Part shown: piece by piece, positions 1-13,169 of the stretch | Layout of the letters: each line of letters opens with the position of its first letter | Numbering within the stretch: position 1 is the first letter of the stretch | From: the human T2T-CHM13v2.0 reference genome, Homo sapiens | Direction: 5' to 3' (one strand) | Assembly (NCBI RefSeq): GCF_009914755.1 | Contig: NC_060944.1 | DNA length: 64,000 nt | Translations under genes and position numbers: made by a program | The notes under the pieces: generated by a model | Databases searched by the model: none | What the model saw: the letters and a program-made list of their open reading frames with translations, nothing else | What the model was told of the DNA's origin: nothing

Positions 1-244
1 CTTAGAAACAACATTAAAAGCACAATACATAAAAGAAGAAATTGACCAATTAGATGTCATCAAAATTTAAAACCTTTTCTTTTTGAAAAGTACTTTAAGA
101 GAATGAAAAGACAAGCTACAGACTGGGAGAAAATATTTGCAAATTACATATCTGACAGAGGACTTGTTTCTACAACATATTTTTTAAAACTCTCAAAACA
201 CAATAATACAAAGTAAAAAAGCTAATTAAAAATAGGCAAAAGAT

Positions 245-648
245 CATCATTCTCAGTAAACTATCGCAAGAACAAAAAACCAAACACCGCATATTCTCAC
301 TCATAGGTGGGAATTGAACAATGAGATCACATGGACACAGGAAGGGGAATATCACACTCTGGGGACTGTGGTGGGGTGGGGAGAGTGGGGAGGGATAGCA
401 TTGGGAGATATACCTAATGCTAGATGACGAGTTAGTGGGTGCAGCGCACCACCATGGCACATGTATACATATGTAACTAATCTGCACAATGTGCACATGT
501 ACCCTAAAACTTAAAGTATATTAAAAAAAATAGATTAAAACAAATATCAAATGAAAAAAAAAATGTGGCCAAATACTGTTATTGTGGAGAAGCCTGAATC
601 TGGCATTAAATTACACCAAGTGGACCTTTGAAAAAAAAAAAAAAAAAA
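245..648 (+). mobile_element. 5'-truncated young L1 (L1PA2-like 3'UTR, 245-~520) plus extra 3' sequence and poly(A)
   Basis: Near-consensus L1Hs/PA2 3'UTR with GAG (not ACA/ACG) at the diagnostic site gatgacGAGttag; TSD aaaagat at 238-244 and 645-651. Confidence 0.88.
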
Positions 649-1186
649 GATTTGAACTTTCCAAAATAAGACATCACATGAAATGACACTCAATCTCATT
701 AGTCATTAGAGAAATGCAAATTAAAACCACAATCAAATACAACTACACGTCTATTAGAATGACCAAAACTAGAAAGATTAAGCATTCCAAGTGTTGGTGA
801 GGATGTGTAAGTGCATCCACACCAGGATACTATTCAGCAACAAAGAGGACTAAACCACTGATGCGTGCAACAGCATGGATGAATTTCAAAGTAAACATGC
901 TGAGTGAAAGAAGCCAGATCAAAAAAGAATAAATACTATTTGATTTCAGTAATATAAAATTACAGAAAGTACAAACTATAATGACAAAAATCATATCAGT
1001 ATTTGCCTGTGGTTGGCAGAGTAGAAAGGGTGGGAGTGAGAGGCACATGGGAACATGGAAGCTTGGGGGGTGATGTGTCATGTTCATTATCTTGATCGTG
1101 GTGATATTTTTATGGGTGTACACATAAATCAAAGCTTTTCAAAAAGGATACTTCAAATATATGTAGCTTATTGTATGTCAATTCTA

Positions 1187-1286
1187 TTAGGTTGGCACAA
1201 ATTACTTTTGGTGCACAAATAATTGCAGTTTTTGCCATTACTTTAATGCAATTACTTTTGATATAATTACTTTTGCACCATCATAA
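1187..1286. mobile_element. MADE1 (Hsmar1 MITE), internally rearranged
   Basis: ttaggttgg...aattacttttgcacca terminal inverted repeats flanked by TA. Confidence 0.8.
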
Positions 1287-1364
1287 TACCTCAATACAGT
1301 AGTTTTTTAAAGAAAAAACTTAGTGCACCTTTCAAGTTAAACAGAAGAATACGAATAATGGAGT

Positions 1365-1605
1365 AATAACTAACATCTCCAGAGAATCAGGAGGCGCCTG
1401 CACTATGCAAAGCATCTGTTTCTCTATCTGTCTGTCTTTATTTTATCCTCATAACAGCCTTATGAAATAGATGCTCTTCTCATCCCCTTTTCACAGAGGA
1501 GGAAACTGAGGTTACATAATTTTCCCAATGCCACAAGGCCAGTAAGCTGTAGAGCCAGGGTCTGAACCCTGGCAGTTTGCTCCAGAGTTGGACTCTAAAC
1601 CACTG
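1365..1605 (-). mobile_element. MIR
   Basis: Core atccccttttcacagaggaggaaactgagg. Confidence 0.8.
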
Positions 1606-1648
1606 TAGGTGTCGATTAATTTTCATGTTTTGCTGTCATCATTTCCAG

Positions 1649-1723
1649 GGAAATATTGCCAGAGAAGCTGCATCCGAGGAAGCTTTAACAGCAGTCCAAA
1701 GTGGAAATGTTAGTGAACCGGAG
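1649..1723 (+). CDS. CFAP61: CFAP61 internal coding exon A (GNIAREAASEEALTAVQSGNVSEPE)
   Basis: Acceptor tttccag| and donor GAG|gtaggg; 75 nt, phase 0/0; peptide matches recalled CFAP61 and joins exon B in frame. Confidence 0.93.
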
Positions 1724-4180
1724 GTAGGGTTTGACGAGGGCCTTTGCGTGCCTTCTAGCCACCCCATGGGTTTCACACCTTTCTACCTCAGAGGATTTGT
1801 GCCCTTTCCTCCTCCCAATCTCCCTGCCTGCCTCCACCAGTTCACACCTACCACCTCCTTTAGGACTTGCTGCACCAAGCCTCACCTCCTTACCTCTTCC
1901 CCTGCTGTGATTAATCTTTTCTTCTGTATCCTCTGCATGGCCTGGACTGTAAGTTGCATTTTCTACATAAATTATTTGCAAAAATTTTAGTAAATACAGC
2001 TTATCTCTCCTTCCCATTGCCCAAAAAGAAAACATTTTGGAGAGGCAAAACATTTGTAAGAGTTTTCTCTGTATCATATGCACATACATACACTTCTGTC
2101 CGTGTCTAGGTGTGTTATTAATGTATGTCATTTACATGCATCTCAGGATTTTGGAAGTCCTCCCTCCTGTTACAAATTCAGGCCAAGGGGCATAGCATCT
2201 TCCACCAGTGCAGTGGCTATCCCTGGGGACTTCACCATCTTTTGTTGGTTTCCCTTCACCCCACCCATGCCTTTGCAGGTGGTCCGTTGACCACTCCATT
2301 GGAGTGTCCCTTCTGTTCCCTGCCAGAAGCCTGGTGGTTCAGGAAGAGATTGGCAGGGTCCTGTGAACCCTGCTCAGGATCTCAGACTTTTCCTAAGAAG
2401 CAGAGGAGGGTGTTGTAGGCTTTTGAGTGGGAGATTGGTACAATAAAGCATTTTCATTCCCTGATGATGAGCATAGTCCTGGAATTTCAGTAGTTTCCCA
2501 AGAGCCTCTTGGTGATGGATGGACTGACTCAGCAACAGAAGCCTAGAGAACCCTTGAGAAGGGAATGGAACATGGGGCTTGGTCATATCCATAGAGGCAC
2601 TGGGACAGATTCACTGAACACTAAGCCCAGACACTGAAGTTCTGCCAGAGGACCAGGTTCTCCAACCTGTCTCCTCTCCAGATTCTGACCAGTGAAGGAG
2701 TCTACCCAGAAGTCAGCTAGGGATTGAAGTACCCCTTTCTCATGGCTAACACTGAACCAGAGAACAAAGCTTGGACCGAGAACACAAGTGGGCTTCCCAT
2801 TTCTCCTTACTGAATTAAGTGCCCCCATGTGGTTGTAGGCAGGCCTCACCTGTGGGGCAGGGTCTCCCCACTCCCAGCTAATTGCATGGAGGGGAGGAGA
2901 AAACACACAACCTGGGAGCAGGATGTGCTGTCAGAAAGAGAAAGCACGATGCAGGCACAGGGTCCAGTTTTTGAATCTCACATTAGCATATGCTGTTGGA
3001 GCCCCACCCATATCCTCTAGCACATATTCTTCCTGAGCACTCTGTGAAGACAAGGACTGCAAGTGCCTGGTCTTTCTTCCATGCCATGTTTGCAGCAGGG
3101 CAGGCTGTTTGGGGAAGCAGCCATCAGCCAGTGGCTGAAGGGATTGGAGAATCAATTTGCCAGCTCCTTCACCTCTTAGGTGGGACCACTCTGCACTGTG
3201 TTCTCTAGGCTCTCGGAGATCCAGGTGGGGATGATTCACCATAGTCACCCACATCTTGAAACACCCCATGCTGGCAGCCTCCCCTTCCTCACCTCGCATG
3301 CCACTCCTCTTACAGAATTTCCTGGCTTTGCTCCCCAAGTAAACTACTGACTCTCAGACACTTAATTCAGGGTGTGTTTCTGGGGCAACCCACACTAGGA
3401 GACTCACTGACCAGTTGGTCACTCCCTGTGCCCTAGGGAGGAAAGTCAGGGTGTAGAAGAGGACAGCAGTTTTCTCTCTAATATTCCTAAGAGGGTAGCC
3501 GTTCCGTTATGAACCCAAGCAAGGATGTGGTTGGAGGGACAGGATGCCTGCCCCCACCACTGCATCAAACATGGTTGGAACCCCAGAAGACACCTGAGTC
3601 AACAAGGTGGATTGATCTCCTATTTTTATCTCCTCTCCCTACCGGAGAAAAACACTGAAATGACAGTAAAGGGATAAAAAGGGCACAAATCCACAAAGGT
3701 GAGATGGAGAGGAGATATTGGAAGATAAGCACTTTAAAAATATTGAGAATAAAAAAATCAATGGAAGAGTTTACATTGGCTTAGCACAGCTGAGGAAGGT
3801 GAAACTCAGGCATCTTTATGGGAGGAGAGACTGGTGAAAAGTGTGTGAATTCTGCACAAGGCTGAAGACTGGAGGTTTGCAGAAGGTGGGGTGAGGAATT
3901 GGGCTGAAAAGCTGGGCAGTCTGATGTGGAGTGACTGGAACACTGGATCCCTGCAGACTCCAGTTAGGTTGTCAGCCACACCCCAAGTGAGAGGATAAAA
4001 TGACTATTCTCTAGAGAAATTGAACAGAGGCTGCTGCTAATTCAGATTTAGCCTGTGCTGCATGGGCGTTGTAACGGTGAGGAATAGAGAACAGACAAGT
4101 AAGTGGAATTCTCCATTTCGAACAGAGGAATCCACAGCCCCTCCTCCAGCCACGCCCTCTCAATGCCAGGAGCCAGGCCT

Positions 4181-4650
4181 TGTATTAGTTTCTATTGCTG
4201 CTGTTACACATTACCCCAAACTTGGTGGCTTATAACAACACAAATTTATTATTATGCAGTTCTGGAGGTTAGCATTCCAAAATGGGTTTGAGTGTGCTGA
4301 GCTTCAGGTGTAGACAGGGGCGTGTTCCTTCTGGAGACTCTAGGGGAGAATCTGTTCCCTTGCCTTTGCCAGCTTCTAGAAGCCACTTGCATTCCATGCC
4401 CTGTGTCCCCTTCCTCCATCTTCAGAGCTGGCAGCGCAGCATCTTCCTCCCTCTGACTCAGACCTGCTGCCTCCCTCTTAGCAGATCCCTATGATTCCTC
4501 TGGGCCCACCCGGATCATCTAGAAGCATCTCCTCATCACAGAACCCTTCATGTGATGACATCTGCGAAATCCCTGTGCCCTGAAAGATAACATATTTACA
4601 GGTTGCAGGGACTAGTACCTGTAACATCTTTGGGGACCACAGTCCTCAAT
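4181..4650 (-). mobile_element. MLT1-type MaLR solo LTR
   Basis: tgtattagtttctattgctgctgt...acaacacaaatttattatt...cagttctggagg. Confidence 0.8.
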
Positions 4651-5870
4651 ACAGAATATTGGAGAACTTAAGTCCCAAAAAACTGACAGGCCCAAGGAAA
4701 ATGCCTTCAGATGATGTCACTGAAGGTGGCCACCCAGTAATAATGCCAGATCTCTGCCTGATCACCCCATGAAGTGCCCCAGTTAGCCAGTGTCTGTGGA
4801 GTTTTGCCTCTCAAGCATGTTGCTTTTAGGAAGCTAAAAATGTGCTCTAACGATATGAGGGCCTAAATGATGAACAAAAAAGACAAAGAAAAGACCTGGA
4901 ACTTACAAAATAGGAGCTGCAATACAGGCAGGATGGCAGAGCTGCAAGTCCAGATTAGAGGGGAGAAAAAAGGAAGCTCATATATTATCTCAAACGCCTG
5001 ATCATTTGGAAAATAATAGTGACCAACACTTGGCAAATCTGATAAAGGAAGTGAAAAACTTAGCAAACCAAGTGAATAAAAACTAAGCACACAGATGAAA
5101 ACATTGTCATATTGCACTACTTTGCTCAGCAACAACAACAGAACTTACACATTCATATTAGTGTAAATACTTACGGATTTAACCCTGAATTGTGATGTAA
5201 TTTTCCTGGGGGATAAGATGTGGGGAAGAGGGTAGTATGAGAGGGATTAATCTAGCCACTGCGTCAATATCGAATAGGAAATTCTAAAAACTAATGAATT
5301 TAGAAATAGCACCATAAGCATATTGTTCAGAAATATAGAGGTAAATATATACCCAAATAAATGAAAACGTTGAAAGTTCTGTTCAATGGGGGTAGAGACT
5401 TGGAAGGACAGAGAACTGCTGATTTTCTTAATAAATGTTTGGTGCTAATATTATTTTAAATTTTTCCATATGCATGTATTACTTTGATTTAAAAGAACTC
5501 CATGAGGGATCTCAAAGGGGATCATCTTCTGAGTTATGACACCTTTTTAGGTGCACCTAAACCAAGACAGAACAGCCTCAGCCCTGACTTTCCAGGTGGC
5601 TGTGGTCCACTGGACCTTCCTGGGCTCCACCTCCCCACGATAGTTACTCCCAGGACCACCTGAGCAGTCCCAAGATTCAAAAATTCTTGTATCACAATGA
5701 AAACAGCTTTGGGGACAGAGGGATTTTGCTTCTGGAGTTATTATAATATGTATATAATACTATCACGCTCTAATCTCTACCCTGGGATGCAGTTAAAATA
5801 TGGACCCTATGTCAAAGGCCAACTGAAACTATTTGTCTTGTGTGAGACCTTCATGTGAGAACTAGTTTTT

Positions 5871-6120
5871 TTTTTTCTTTATTATTATTATTTTTTAAAT
5901 TTTATTTTACGTTCTGGGATATGTGTGCAGAACGTGCAGGTTTGTTACCTAGGTATACATGTGCCATGGTGGTTTGCGGCACCTATCAACCCGTCATCTA
6001 GGTTTTAAGCCCTGCCTGCATTAGGTGTTTGTCTTAATGCTCTCCCTCCCTTTCCCCCCGACCCCCCTGACAGGCCCCAGTGTGTGTTGTTCCCCTCCCT
6101 GTGTCCATGTGTTCTCATTG
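5871..6120 (-). mobile_element. L1PA 3' end, 5'-truncated
   Basis: Reverse L1 3'UTR with poly(T); perfect 14-bp TSD gagaactagttttt (5857-5870, 6121-6134) at a TTTT/AA site. Confidence 0.9.
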
Positions 6121-6331
6121 GAGAACTAGTTTTTAAAAACATTTTATGAATTTTGAGTATCTCATTAAGAACCTCTCCTTAAAACCAGGCCTGGCCCAGG
6201 ATGAGTTGTTTCGGGTGACAGTCACACCTGTCCTCAGAACGGTGTCATGTAGAGATAATGCAGCCACCAGCCCACTAAATTACAGGGCATTGACAGGATT
6301 CTCATTGGCTCCTCCTGTCTCCTTGCTCTAG

Positions 6332-6510
6332 GACATAGAAAAACTCAGTGACATCTCCACTGGATATGCACAGTATCACCATGTCAGCAGTAGGAGCTTG
6401 GCATCGCTCGTACTGCCTGAAGAGCCCGTCCACTTCCGCCCCATCTACAGGGGAGCCTCAGCTGCTTTTTGTATTCAGCTGTTTTGTATTGATGAGAAAT
6501 ATGAAGCAAG
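6332..6510 (+). CDS. CFAP61: CFAP61 coding exon B (DIEKLSDISTGYAQ...FCIDEKYEAR), GC donor
   Basis: Acceptor ctccttgctctag|; ends AAG|gcaagt; 179 nt, phase 0/2. Confidence 0.92.
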
Positions 6511-7022
6511 GCAAGTACTGACCTTCTGGCTGGCTGTCACAGTGAGAATCTTTTCTGGCATTGGTGGCCCAACATTTTAACTTTACAGAGCCAGTAATTT
6601 CCAAACCTGGCCCACATCCTAATCTCCTGGGGAATTTTTTAAAACACAAATTCCTAAGCCCCATCCAGAGATTCTAGTCCATCAAATTTTAACAAGGCCT
6701 ACAGAAGTGGGCTAGAAATCTGGCCTACCTATGTAACAATTGGGAATCTGGAAAATTATCACTTACATAACCACATGCTGCTCCCATTCTGTAAAGTTTG
6801 CATCTCTTGGATAATTTGAATTTGGGTTACTGGTTGTCTAGAGTCTTTGGTTGCAAGTAACAGGAAATCCAACCAAACTGGCTTTGAAAAAAAAATTGAA
6901 TAATTGCCTCACATAACTAAGGATAACTCTGGTGGTGAGACTGTTTTAAATATGGCTTGATCTAGGATTTATTTAGATTACCAAATCAAGGACCAAGTTT
7001 CTCTCTCTACCTCTTCACCCTG

Positions 7023-7384
7023 TGTGTTAGTCTGTTTTCATGCTGGTGATAAAGACATACTCAAGACTGGGTGATTTATAAAGAAAAAGAGGTTTAATGA
7101 ACTCACAGTTCCACGTGGCTGGGGAGGCCTCACGATCATAGGGGAAGATGAAAGCCATGTCTTACATGGCGGCAGGCAAAGAGACAATGAGAGCCAAGTG
7201 AAAGGGGTTTCCCCTTATAAAACGATGAGATTTCATGAGACTTATTCAATACCACAAGAACAGTATGGGGGAACCACCCCCATGATTCAGTTATCTCCCA
7301 CAGGGTCCCTCCCACAACACGTGGGAATTATGGGAGCTACAATTCAAGATGAGATTTGGGTGGGGACACAGCCAAACCATATCA
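7023..7384 (-). mobile_element. THE1 solo LTR nested in an older MLT-like LTR (~6830-7740)
   Basis: tgtgttagtctgttttcatgctg...ggggacacagccaaaccatatca; TSD ccctg/cccta. Confidence 0.88.
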
Positions 7385-8678
7385 CCCTACTTCCCTGCTG
7401 TTGGACCCCTTCTCAGAGGAGTGCCCCATCCTGGGCCTAAGACCACTGACATTCTCAGGTCTCAGGTCTGCATCAGAATCCAGTGAGAAGGACTTGCCGG
7501 GATGGGCCCAGCTTTTTCCAGCCAAAGTCTCATGAGGCCTGACAGGACTGTGTGTTCATTCCTGAGCCAACGGCTGTGACAAGCCCATGCCACAAGGAGA
7601 TGGAGAAGATGGGCTCCATCCCTTAGCTCATGCTCCATGCCAAATCTGCAGCTGGAGTCTCAGCTACATGGAATATCTGAGCGGGGGATAAGTTGACACC
7701 CAACAGCAATCCAGGGCTACAGCAAAGAGGAGGCATGCATGGTGCTGGGCTTTGTCTAAAGCCCCGGCGCCCACCAGACCTCACAGCCACCCACCCCGCC
7801 CCTCCAGAACACCCACATGTTCAGTGCTTGCTGTTCTCCTGTGGTCTGGACACTGGACGCTGCCCTCAGTGCCTGGATTCCACATCTCCTTAGCACCCAC
7901 CCCTCATCTGTTCACAGAACCATCTCGAAGAGGAAATAATTGGCCCATTTTGATGGAGTGGAAGGCTCTAGGGTGTCTTTTAGATGAGGAAGAATAGCTG
8001 GACAGTTCCTCTTCAGAGGATCTGTTTAAACATGTTCCCAGTCTCCCAGCATCCCCTGTTGTACTTTAACTTTTTTCATCTCGAGTTTTTAGCTTCTATG
8101 GAGATCTGGGACATTGAAAAGAAATTCTTTTTATTCTAATTATGTTGTAGACATATAAAACCTTGTAAAGCCTTTCTATATTTGTTGCTTTATATTTCTT
8201 TTATCTGTACATTTAAATATGATTGTGCTTAGAGTATACTTTTTGAATTTTGAAACAGGAATTTGATGACCCAGTGTGGTTTGCCTATGAATGTACATCT
8301 ACAGCTAGTCAGAAAATCTTCAACAGATAAAAGGGAAACAGATCAGAAGCAACCTATAATATTTCCCACCTCTCCTCTTAACTCTTCCAAAACAGAAGGG
8401 AAGGATCGGAGGCACAGAATGACCAATTTTGTGTTGGCTTTTCAAATGCACAGAGATTGTTAATTGATGTGAAAGTGCCTTCAGTTCTACAGAATACTTT
8501 ATTACTGACATATGAAGCTTGCGACTTATGCACCCCATTAGTGTTCACCTAGACACACATTCTGACTAGTGGTTGGCTAATCGCTGCCCGAGGGGAGGGA
8601 GCTGTAAATCTCTGTAAACGTCCACTGATGTTGCATTTGCTTGCAGGGCACTGACAGTGCTTACTGTCTTGTTTACAG

Positions 8679-8718
8679 GTCGCTGGATTTTATGAATTTT
8701 GTTTTCAGTCTTTTTTCT
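8679..8718 (+). CDS. CFAP61: CFAP61 40-nt coding exon C (SLDFMNFVFSLFS)
   Basis: tcttgtttacag| ... TCT|gtaagt; phase 2/0 restores the frame between B and D. Confidence 0.9.
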
Positions 8719-10239
8719 GTAAGTACATGCTGAATTTTGAGAACTGATTTTGTAAGCTTAGAGAACTTATAGAAAAGTAAAATGCCATAAATTTATTATG
8801 CTGTGAATGTTGAGGTTTGTGTTCGGAGAATAAGGTCAAATGGCATGTCATGAGCTCATAAAAATACAAAATATTGTCATTTTCAAGAATTTTTAAGTCA
8901 TGCTATTTTAGCAGTTCTCTTTAAATGCAAAATTTCTGTTAGACATAGCTTTACCAGTGTTTTATCAGAATCAAATCATTCATAGTAATACATGAAAATG
9001 TTGGAAATTAAAGTGAATGACACTGTTATGTTATTTTATAGATTATGTTGGCTCCAAGTATTCTGAAACCATCATATTGCTTTTCTGAGGGTAGCAAAGT
9101 AGGGACTTGTTGATTTTGAGGTTGGCATTTCTTTCCCTACTAGTTCCTCAGGCCTGACTTCATGCCTGGCTGGTAGAGGGGGCTCAACCCACATTGATGA
9201 ATGGGCCTGCAGGCTAATATCCAAGTACAAATAAGATTCTCCATGCCAGGGTGTCCCGGGCTTCTGCCTACATTCTTGTCTCATTATTTTCTAGGGATGA
9301 AGATCTAACCAAACTCTTACACTTCTTTATTGAAGGAAAGAAAATGAGGAAGGAAGTTTTGAGGGACAAAATGCATTTTTATAAAGACAGGCCTGTTAAT
9401 TAAGTAAAGTCAACAACTGTACTTCTCCAGTTGACTGATTTCAAGAAAAGTATCTATTGCTTTACTTTTCCTGGATACTGTTTCTAATGAGGCAAAAACA
9501 AGTATAGTTTAATTATTTTGTCTTAAAACTATGTGATGTTAGGTTTTATTTCCTCATTTGTTATTATAATGAAGCTTTATAATAAGGCAATATGTTCTCC
9601 ATCATAATTTTTAAAAATTACTTATTAAGGCACTTTCCAAACAATGTAGATTACCCTGAACATAGGATTTACAAAGTCGGTTTCCCTCAAAAACTCCTCA
9701 AATAAATTTCACTAATTTTAATTATTTTCTACTTTAACGTCCATGTAAACGTAAATATTTAACATTATAAAAGTAATGCTGGCTTTAAAAAGGTAAAAGA
9801 GCTGTTTACATTTCAATTCTATTTGACTTCAGAACATGGACGACAGGAAAAAAAATAACCTTGGTTGCTTCATCCTTAATCCTTCAAATCCAAGATGAAG
9901 CAACTCATTATAGTTAGTCTCTCCCTCCCAGAGGAAGCCCACCCAGACTTGGCACCCAGTCCTTATTTTCAACTTGAGTATTTCAGCAACTTGACTCTCA
10001 GTTTCCCCAAAAGGAGTCCTACTAATTTGCTAAAAAGAAGGAAGGTAAGGTCAAACAATGGTTCACTCCTTTGAGTTGCACAAATGTCCCCAGGGTTTTG
10101 GATTAGCACAAGTAATGCCTTCACAGGGTTCAAGAGGAGGCGAGATCCCAAAGGGACAAATTAGCTTCGGGAAGAGCAGGCTGCTTCTGCAGGGACCTGG
10201 CAGAGGATCAGGCAGCTGCGTGAAGCTCAGATAGCCTAG

Positions 10240-10998
10240 AGCAGCACTGTCCAGACATGGAGTGTGAGCCACATTGGTAATTCTGAATGTTCCAAGAGCC
10301 ACAAGGAAAAAAAAGAAAAAGGAACAGATGAAGTTTATATGATAATATCTTTTATTTAACTTAATATGCCCAATCCTTTTTTTAAAGAGATAGGGTCTCA
10401 CTTTGTTGCATGCAATGTCACAATCATAGCTCACTGCTGCCTCAAACTCCTTGGCCCAAGGGATCTTCCTGCCTCAGCCTCCCAAATAGCTGGGACATGC
10501 CACCATGCCCAGCTAATTAAAAAAAAAATTGTAGAAATGGGGTCTTGTCATCTTGCCCAGGCTGGGCTCGAACTCCTGGGCTCAAGTGATCCTCCCATCT
10601 CGGCCTCCCAAAGTACTGGGATTACAGAAGTGAGAACTGTGCCTGGGCAAATTTAATCATTTCAACATATAATCAATATGAAAACTTATTAATGAGCTAT
10701 TTACAATCTTTTTCTCATACTGAGTCTTTGAAATCTAATATATATTTCACATTTATAGTACATCACAATACAAGTACTAAATTTTCATCAGAAATAGTTC
10801 ATCTGTATTTGTATGTTATAAAATTTACAGTTGGATACGTAGATTCACATAATCCAAGCACACATAAAACTTTTCCAGTAATGGAATTAAGTATCCATTT
10901 TTTTAATTTAAATGAATTTAAATGAAATAAAATTTAAAATTTAGTTCCTCCGCCAATACTAGCCACATTTCATTGTCTACTGTACTGACAGGGCAGGC
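10240..10998. mobile_element. MER3/MER33-like hAT-Charlie relic, split by an Alu
   Basis: cagcactgtcca...tgagccacat and actagccacatttca...tgtactgacag ends. Confidence 0.65.
10377..10649 (-). mobile_element. AluJ
   Basis: gagatagggtctcact...atcatagctcactgc...cccaaagtactgggattacag. Confidence 0.88.
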
Positions 10999-11607
10999 CT
11001 AGAATAGAATGAATGGCAGCCCTCAGGACATGCAAGACCTCTTATGTCTGCTAACTAAACCCACTGCCTGGGTTTAATCATGCTCATGGATCTGTTCACC
11101 CAACTGGGATCACGTCATGATAAAATACGTACACATTGGTTTATGGATAATCACAGAATTTTAGAGCCAAAAAATGCCTGAAGTATCATCCTCCCATCTC
11201 GCAAGAGGAAGGGACCACTGGTGTAAGGTCACTTAGTAAGCAAGGGGCCTTTGCTAGGACACCATGCTACCTCATTGACTTGGTGACACAAGTGAACTTA
11301 CCTGTATGAATTGTCTTGATTTAAAAACTACTTCCACAGAAGAGTTATGCTGAATGACTGCCATTGTTTATAAGATTCATTTATTCAGGTTTCAGTGAGA
11401 CACAAAGATACTTTTTCCCTGCTCTTGTAGTTGCTTATTTCCTGAATTTTATGTGATTATTTTCCAAATTATAGGAAAGGTAATTTGAATATCCTCTCCT
11501 TAATCAACACATTTTGCTTCTATTTTTCTTGGTGTTTTTTAGAGGAATTTGTTTTTTGATTAATTTTTTTTATTCTTTCTCTGTGTCCTGGTTTTTGATG
11601 ATGTTAG

Positions 11608-11747
11608 GATAAGAACTTCTGTGTAATTTCTCTGCCCCATCTCACCCCCGAGTTCTTCCTCATCCAGAATTTCGTGAAAATGGTCCCTTTCAACACCTGC
11701 ACCCTCGAGCAGGACCTCTACGTCTTCCACCGGGCTGGATTGCTCAA
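11608..11747 (+). CDS. CFAP61: CFAP61 coding exon D (DKNFCVISLPHLTPEFF...VFHRAGLLK)
   Basis: atgttag| ... CAA|gtgagt; 140 nt open, phase 0/2. Confidence 0.93.
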
Positions 11748-13169
11748 GTGAGTAGACACATGTTTGGCCACACAACAATCCATGAAATTACAGAAGAGAA
11801 GGGAACAAGGAACTCCCTGCTATTTTAATTTAATAATTTATTTTAAATATCATCTTTTATTAGAAGAGGTCTTGAGTAAGTGATTTTAACTAATACATTT
11901 AGAGAAAGAATGGCACTTGAGAAGAGATTTGTCCTGTCAGATATTAAAACATAATATAGCTCCACAATAATCAAGACAATGCCATGTTGACAGATTCTGT
12001 AGGCAGAACAATGTAACACAAGAAACAGATCCAGTATAGTAGGAACTCAGATTGTGCAGATTGATCTTTGTATGTGAGTGTGTGTATATAATACATTCAC
12101 GACAAAGTGTGTGTCACAACAGTGGGAAAAGGAAGGATTCTTCTGTAAATCATGAGACAAAATGGAGGTAGAAACTTTTTTTATACTCTATCATAAAATA
12201 GATTCTCAGGTGATTAAAGAGTTAAATGTAAGTATTGAAAACATAAAAATTAGAAAATATATTTACAGTGCTAAGTTCTGTGCCAAGTTCTGGGAACACA
12301 ATGGTGAACAACATGTAGACATGGTCCCTGCCTTTTCAAGGCTTATGGACACACAGAGTGTAAAACTGCAACTGTGATGGGAGTAACCAGTCCTGGGCAT
12401 GTGGTACTGAGCATGGAACATTGGGAGAGTTGGCCCAGCCAGAGGAAGCTTTCTTGAGAAAGTAATACGGAGTGCTGGATGAGGAAAGTGAGTGAAGATT
12501 GACCTTTATCCTGTCTCAGAATGGGAAAGTTCTTTTTAAAACATGAAAGAAAAAGATTAAGGTGTCTTATACCATACCAAGTTTTTTGAACCACCTGATT
12601 TTATTAAAATGTAACTGACCAACAGAAGGATGTTTTAAACAAATATGGCAGACAAAAGGTGGATGTATTTAATATATAAAGAGCTTTAATGAATCAATAA
12701 AAAAATCACTTAATACCTAAATAGAAAAATTAATAAAAGGCATGACCAGACTGTTTCTACAGGAAAAAACAAAAAACAAAAATCAGTGTATATTTAATAC
12801 CTTCTGTCTTATTTTTACAAAATGTTCTGAGGCTCATCAAACTGCACCCTTGAAATGAGTGCATTTCATTGTATGTAAATTAGACCTCAATAAAGTTGAT
12901 GCACAATCTTCTGATGAAAAGTTTGGTGGAGGAGTGTCAGAGAGCTCACTCTATAATTGCTGTGTTAACCTTTTGAGTGAAACTTTGAGAAACATCCTAG
13001 ATGTTCACTTCATAATTAGGGACTGGTTAAATGAATTTTAGCAAATGAATTTAGTACATTATGATGACGACTTGAAGAAATAAAACCAGATTTCTATATC
13101 CTATGTGGAAAGATAGCTAGGATGGTGAGAAAAGCAGTCAAACAATAATAGTACAAGTACTAATAGTAA

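Larger units (their letters stand above)
1..1315 (+). mobile_element. Old L1M (L1MB/MC-like) 3' region, interrupted by a young L1 and a MADE1
   Basis: gaaaagacaagctacagactgggagaaaatatttgc, gaaatgcaaattaaaaccacaat and an L1M 3'UTR-like tail. Confidence 0.8.

Noticed and set aside
1577-1990. 137-aa ORF as a standalone gene (likewise 6398, 30235, 38930, 42090)
   Set aside because: CFAP61 exons read through into intron; splice sites define the real coding parts.
2480-3410. Possible ancient ERVL/LTR16-like sequence
   Set aside because: Too diverged to assign family or boundaries without RepeatMasker.
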